Below, piece after piece: positions 58,441 to 64,000 of a stretch of DNA of 64,000 bases. Origin of the DNA: Eledone cirrhosa. Lineage: Eukaryota. The stretch lies in NCBI GenBank assembly GCA_964016885.1, contig OZ024745.1, positions 130,696,001 to 130,760,000 of the forward strand, in the 5' to 3' direction. Every line of letters begins with the position of its first letter. Within the stretch, counting starts at the first letter, position 1. The notes beneath the pieces are model-generated. The model was not told where the DNA came from and did not search any database. It saw nothing but the letters and a program-made list of their open reading frames with translations. The position numbers and the translations under genes were made by a program.

Positions 58441-59136
58441 TTAATTGTAAGTTGTGATGTTGCTGTTCCACTCATATTTTCTATTTAATTTTGGTTTTAA
58501 TTCTTTTATGCTTACTGCCTCTGTAATTTGCCTAAACATTGCGTCTTTCTTGTGTGTGGATTCTATTTTTATTTCTATGCTCTCTAATTTACCCCTGTGT
58601 TCTATCTTAGCATGTTGGTAGAGCACAGATGATTCTTTACTATCTTGGAGGTCTCGCCAGTGTTCATTTATTCGTTCCCCTATACTACGAGCTGTCTCAC
58701 CTATGTACACTATATTTTTGTTTCTACATTGTCCCTCAGTACATCTTATGCTATATACTACATTTCTAGTTTTACAGTTAATATGGGGGCTTATTTTACA
58801 GGTTATACATTTCTTATCTATACATGAGGGTCTTTGGAACGGGTATGTCTTGCTAATAAGTGTTTTTACGGAGGTACCAGGTCTTTCTACTATCTTAATA
58901 TTGAGATTATGTTTCTTTAGGGCCCTTCTAAATTTGTAGGCTAGTTCACCTCTAGGGGTTGTATTGATGAACATTACACTCTGGTATTTATTGCTATCAT
59001 ACCATGAGTTTATTCTATTGGCCTTGTTCTTAGTTCTTTCTATTCTATTCCAAAATTTGCTCCTATACAAGGGGCAGGTCCCATTTATGTCATTATTTAC
59101 CATTTTTTCCCATTTGGTTCTGGCTCCTTTATACAC
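58441..59136 (-). pseudogene. C-terminal part of Penelope-like ORF (GIY-YIG endonuclease)
   Basis: CKTRNVVYSIRC..C..IVYIGETARSIGERINEH..SVLYQH..RQITEAVSI..PKLN; RT core absent. Confidence 0.88.
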
Positions 59137-59141
59137 TCTGA

Positions 59142-59837
59142 GTGTATAAAGGAGCCAGAACCAAATGGGAAAAAATGGTAAATAATGACATAAATTGGAC
59201 CTGCCCCTTGTATAGGAGCAAATTTTGGAATAGAATAGAAAGAACTAAGAACAAGGCCAATAGAATAAACTCATGGTATGATAGCAATAAATACCAGAGT
59301 GTAATGTTCATCAATACAACCCCTAGAGGTGAACTAGCCTACAAATTTAGAAGGGCCCTAAAGAAACATAATCTCAATATTAAGATAGTAGAAAGACCTG
59401 GTACCTCCGTAAAAACACTTATTAGCAAGACATACCCGTTCCAAAGACCCTCATGTATAGATAAGAAATGTATAACCTGTAAAATAAGCCCCCATATTAA
59501 CTGTAAAACTAGAAATGTAGTATATAGCATAAGATGTACTGAGGGACAATGTAGAAACAAAAATATAGTGTACATAGGTGAGACAGCTCGTAGTATAGGG
59601 GAACGAATAAATGAACACTGGCGAGACCTCCAAGATAGTAAAGAATCATCTGTGCTCTACCAACATGCTAAGATAGAACACAGGGGTAAATTAGAGAGCA
59701 TAGAAATAAAAATAGAATCCACACACAAGAAAGACGCAATGTTTAGGCAAATTACAGAGGCAGTAAGCATAAAAGAATTAAAACCAAAATTAAATAGAAA
59801 ATATGAGTGGAACAGCAACATCACAACTTACAATTAA
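59142..59837 (+). pseudogene. C-terminal part of Penelope-like ORF (GIY-YIG endonuclease), mirror copy
   Basis: Same 231-aa translation apart from one G/W difference. Confidence 0.88.
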
Positions 59838-60133
59838 GGACAAAATGAAAACACACACACACATATATAAACAACTTACAATTGAAAACACACACAAAAT
59901 GAAAACACACACAAGACAAAATGAAAACACACACACACATAGAACAAACAACCAACCAACAATAAATAAATAAATAAACAAACAAATATAAATAGAAAAA
60001 TAGAAAAATGAACACAAACACACACAGACACCCGGATGTGGCGCATGCGCAAACTGAGCACGCAACCCACACACAAACAAAATGGCGTAGGATAGAAGAA
60101 AGGAAAGGCACAGAAACGAAGAAAGAAATCCCC

Positions 60134-60178
60134 AGTCACTGAAGAGGTCACAGAGTGTGTGACGAAAGAACTATGACT
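60134..60178 (+). ncRNA. Minimal type I hammerhead ribozyme in the pLTR (mirror copy 58100-58144, minus strand)
   Basis: AGUCA-CUGAAGA-G-GUCACA/UGUGAC-GAAA-G-AA-C-UA-UGACU: stem I 5 bp, stem II 6 bp, vestigial stem III. Confidence 0.78.
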
Positions 60179-60393
60179 ATATATATATTAACAACTATCT
60201 GGTTGTGGAACCAACCAACCAACCAGAAATTTATAAATTTGTAAATTTATAAATATATATTAAATTAAATTGAAGTGAAAGCAACTGGTGCGTGTGTTTC
60301 TTATTGGCAACATGACCCTCCCAAGGTATAACAATATCGGTTTCAACACACGATTTCAGATAAAGAATCTTGCTAAACAAATTCAGAAACGAA

Positions 60394-60429
<36 letters not shown>

Positions 60430-60670
60430 CACTAGCACCTCTACACGCCTCAAACCCTTTCACGACTTGTTTTCATTTTAATTTTTTTCCCCTTTATTTT
60501 AATGTCTTTCCACCACTCCTCCCCTCACACCTTCTCGGAGCTCTTTTCCTTCCCACCTTTCTCCTGATGAAGGGCTTATGCTTGAAACGTCATGCCCCAC
60601 GCCAAACTCTCAATCGTGAACCTAATACCAACACTGTTCATAACTGCACGCCTTGTTATTGTTTTTGTTG

Positions 60671-60749
<79 letters not shown>

Positions 60750-60755
<6 letters not shown>

Positions 60756-61007
60756 CTTCAAAATATTAATAAATATAGACATTCATGTGATCAAATATAT
60801 TTTATTATACATATTTCAGAGGTACCGAGCTATTTCAACATACGTCCTCATCAGATATAATAAGTTGATGCCTGACATACCTTGACTATGTTGATCGTTA
60901 TAAGTTAGTCATGGCAGTATTAATAACTCCAGAAAACCTCACTGTAGAGTGCTTCTAATCTATTGTGAAACTTTATTCATCGATGAATTCATTGAACCTT
61001 GTTAAAC

Positions 61008-61015
<8 letters not shown>
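60750..61015. mobile_element. Inverted hammerhead joined to a bulged-hairpin tail
   Basis: Minus-strand CUGAUGA..GAAAUAUGUAUA at about 60797-60858; plus-strand ACTC-CAG-AAAACCTCA-CTG-TA-GAGT at 60926-60950. Confidence 0.72.
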
Positions 61016-61087
<72 letters not shown>

Positions 61088-61639
61088 TATATATAATATA
61101 TACATGCATATATTTTTTTTTTCAGAAGGAAAGTTATTTGTCGCTAATATATATGGACATATCCTTGAAAAGAATCAGCGAAGCATTCAAAACATAATAT
61201 AACTAATGCCAAAATATCGATTGTGGGAAATAGAAGCTAGTGAAACTAATGTTAGAAAGTTTCGCTCGTATCTTCTTCTTAACTCCTGATTCTGGAATTA
61301 AGAAACACTATGAATTGTTCCAATAAATTAAGACAATCAATTTTGGAAGAAATTGTTTCATCGGTGTGATTCTTTGGATATAGAATAAATATTCAATAGA
61401 TAGTATACGAAGCTGGCCGTTATCAAACAGCATGGTGCGACGAATAACACGTGTGTCGTTGGACTACCAAATCAATGTGTAAATATCTGGGACTTCATAC
61501 TCTCGGCAACTGCCTTATCAGTGTTGAAAGTCCATGTGGGTTTGGATGGCTGTGTGGGCCAACAGCTAATCCGTACTTCAAAAGGCTGGTTGGATGTTGA
61601 GAGAAGGGAGAAGAATACCTCGTAAAATCTCCGATAAAT

Positions 61640-62196
61640 CCATCACACCTTTGGGATATCAAGAATAAGTAATGAATGTGTCACTCGCTGAGAAGAAAAA
61701 CTTAACAGCCTCCCATTAGTAACAACAATGGAGCTAAAGGCGAGTGAAGCACTGCCTCCTGGAACAGATATAAACTATCATCATCATCACGTCCCTTGGA
61801 ATAAGTAGTGAATGAGTCACTTGCTGGGAAGAAAAACTTAACAACCTCCCATCTGTAACAACAATGGAGCTAAAGGTGAGGGAGGCACTGCCCCCCAGGA
61901 GCAGATACAAACTATGCAGTGTGGAAATACCTAAACAGACTAAGATCTGGTGTTGGTTGTGCAAAGGTCAATCTGGCAAACTTGGAATATTTAAAGGATG
62001 GGGACATTGTGTGTGACTGTGGCATCGAACCATAGACTACACAGCACCTCCTGTTATGCCTCCCGTTGGAACACCCCTGTTCAGCATTGGACTTGGCAGA
62101 GTTTGATGAGAAAGGACAACAATGTGTTTGGCTGTGGCGGAACCACATCTAGCCAAACTTTGTAACTGACATTCTTGTGGACACGATAAGAAGAAA
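61640..62196 (+). mobile_element. 3' end of a Vingi/Ingi-like LINE, degenerate
   Basis: Translates EALPP..WKYLNRLRSGVG..CDCGIEP*TTQHLLLC (C-terminal zinc knuckle) and ends GGACACGATAAGAAGAA. Confidence 0.65.
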
Positions 62197-64000
62197 ATCA
62201 CATAAAATATCTATGGCGCTATGCTTGCGTACGAGTGTGTCTAACATGCAGCAATAATATCGTTGTTGGTAAGCATGTGTGTAAACATTTTATATCTATG
62301 GTCCAACATGTTTGCGTACGAGTGTTTAGCATGTAGTAATTAATGTTATTGTGGGTGTGCGTGTATGTGTAAACATTTCATATCTATGGCCCTATATTTG
62401 CATGCGATTGTGCCTAACATGTTTCAATGAATGCTGTTATTGGTATGCGTGAGTGACTAAACATTTTATATGTAAGTTCAATGAAAATATAATGAGAAAA
62501 CAGTGAAAAAGAAGTCAAATTGTCCAAACAGGATTTTGAAATGTATATGAAATATACGTAAAACATTAGGAAAATGATAGATTTAAAAAAATCATATTCA
62601 ATATTCTTTTGAAAAGAAATCTACCTGCTTAAACAGCTGGATTCAGAGTCATTACTTTCGTTTTCATTTTCATATGTTTTGTGTTATATATCTTTGTTTC
62701 ATGCTGTTTGTTGTCGTCACACTATGGTTTGAAATTCGGCACTATTGGTGTAGATGTTGTTGCAGGAACAGTCGTAACTGTAATTGGTTTTCTTGTTGTT
62801 ACCGACTCCACGTGGTGTTAACTGAACCAAGTGTTTAGAAAAAAATGTGTTCTTCATGATGATGTTTATAATGAAATCTTTGATAAGGCTGTTTCTTTGC
62901 AGATTGAAAGTTTTTTTTCTTTTTTCTTCTGAAGACTGCATGTCTGGATTGGAGGCGAGGAGGTCACCTTTTTTGGTGGTGTGAAAATAACGTAGAATTG
63001 TTAGATTGAATACATGTATATTATTGATTCACTGTATGTGGCTGTCGGGACTTGGTGGTTGTTTGAATAAAGTGAAATTAATTTGTGTAAATTGGGTTAA
63101 ACCTAAGAGCATGTGGTGGCATAGTTACAAAGAAAACACCCCTCAGCCGTTCGGTGAGAAATTGTTCTTTTTCCTAAGATTTTCCATGTATTTTCAAGGA
63201 ATCCGACCTGCAAATCAGTCGCAAACGACTCGTGTTTTAGAAAACGTTGGGGTGGGGATGGGGCCTTGTAGTTTCTTTGGTGGAAATTTTTTGGGGGCTA
63301 GATTTGTTTTCGTGTGTTTTCAACAACAAATTTGACCTCCAAATTGTCAGAAATTGACGATAAAATGGGAGCTGTAAAATAATTAGTTTTCTTAAACTAA
63401 CGAACCCAATATATTTCGCTTTAACGTGGATACTCCTAACTCAAGTAATTTATTTTTCCTGTATTTAAATGAAATCGGTGATACTTAGTCTTAAATCTAT
63501 TAGATGTATTTAGATAATGACTTCGCTGGTTTACGCACCGTAAGTCGTTCAGTATGGCTTCTGATTCGCTATACAGATTTTGTACAATATATATATAATG
63601 TTCGACTATCTATCTACATAAGTTTGACCACTACTCACACACACACACACAGACACACACACGCATATATATATATGTGTGTGTGTATGTATGTCTGTAT
63701 ATATATATATGTATCAACTATAAATTGATAGACATATAAATAAACATATGAAACAATCACAGGGGATAATTTGTAAAAGTGTGTAAGCACACATAGCTAG
63801 GTAGGTAACTAAATAAAGTTTAACTAGAGCTTCAAAAATAGATACCTTATAAAATGATTAATCTTCCTCTTATATATTCCATTAAAGAAATATATTTCAT
63901 CAATTAATCGATTGGTAAACAACAGAAGCCAGATCCTGGATTTTCAACAAGGAAGAGGTCCAACCATCTGTGTTTACGCATCAAGTTCAAATCAGCGACT

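Larger units (their letters stand above)
57943..60393. mobile_element. Penelope-like element in head-to-head inverted (palindromic) configuration, 5'-truncated
   Basis: Arms mirror about position 59139 out to about 57943 and 60335. Each arm has a GIY-YIG ORF and a hammerhead; the right arm has an extra ~58-bp tail before (TA)n. Confidence 0.92.

Noticed and set aside
62700-63350. Possible decayed retroelement N-terminus
   Set aside because: Similarity too weak to support by eye.

Overview
AT-rich, microsatellite-saturated non-coding animal DNA. The SINE content suggests a cephalopod such as octopus (inference). No host protein-coding gene could be supported, and nearly all ORFs in the track are translations of (TA)n, (CA)n, (TAA)n or (AAC)n. 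The real content is transposon-derived: about 15 copies of one tRNA-derived SINE; R4/Dong-type RLE retrotransposons, including a 4-unit tandem array separated by (TAA)n; RTE, Tx1/L1 and Vingi/Ingi-like LINE pieces; a non-autonomous Helitron; two MITEs; and a near-perfect 2.4-kb palindrome of a Penelope-like (GIY-YIG) element. The most interesting signal is a set of more than 20 short elements in (TA)n tracts, belonging to several sequence-unrelated families that share one architecture. It consists of a type I hammerhead ribozyme core, a fold-back arm that stops at a similar position, and a conserved, covarying bulged hairpin (ACUC-stem-loop-stem-UN-GAGU) in the unduplicated 3' tail. All structures were assigned by eye; no folding or database search was run, and boundaries are approximate.
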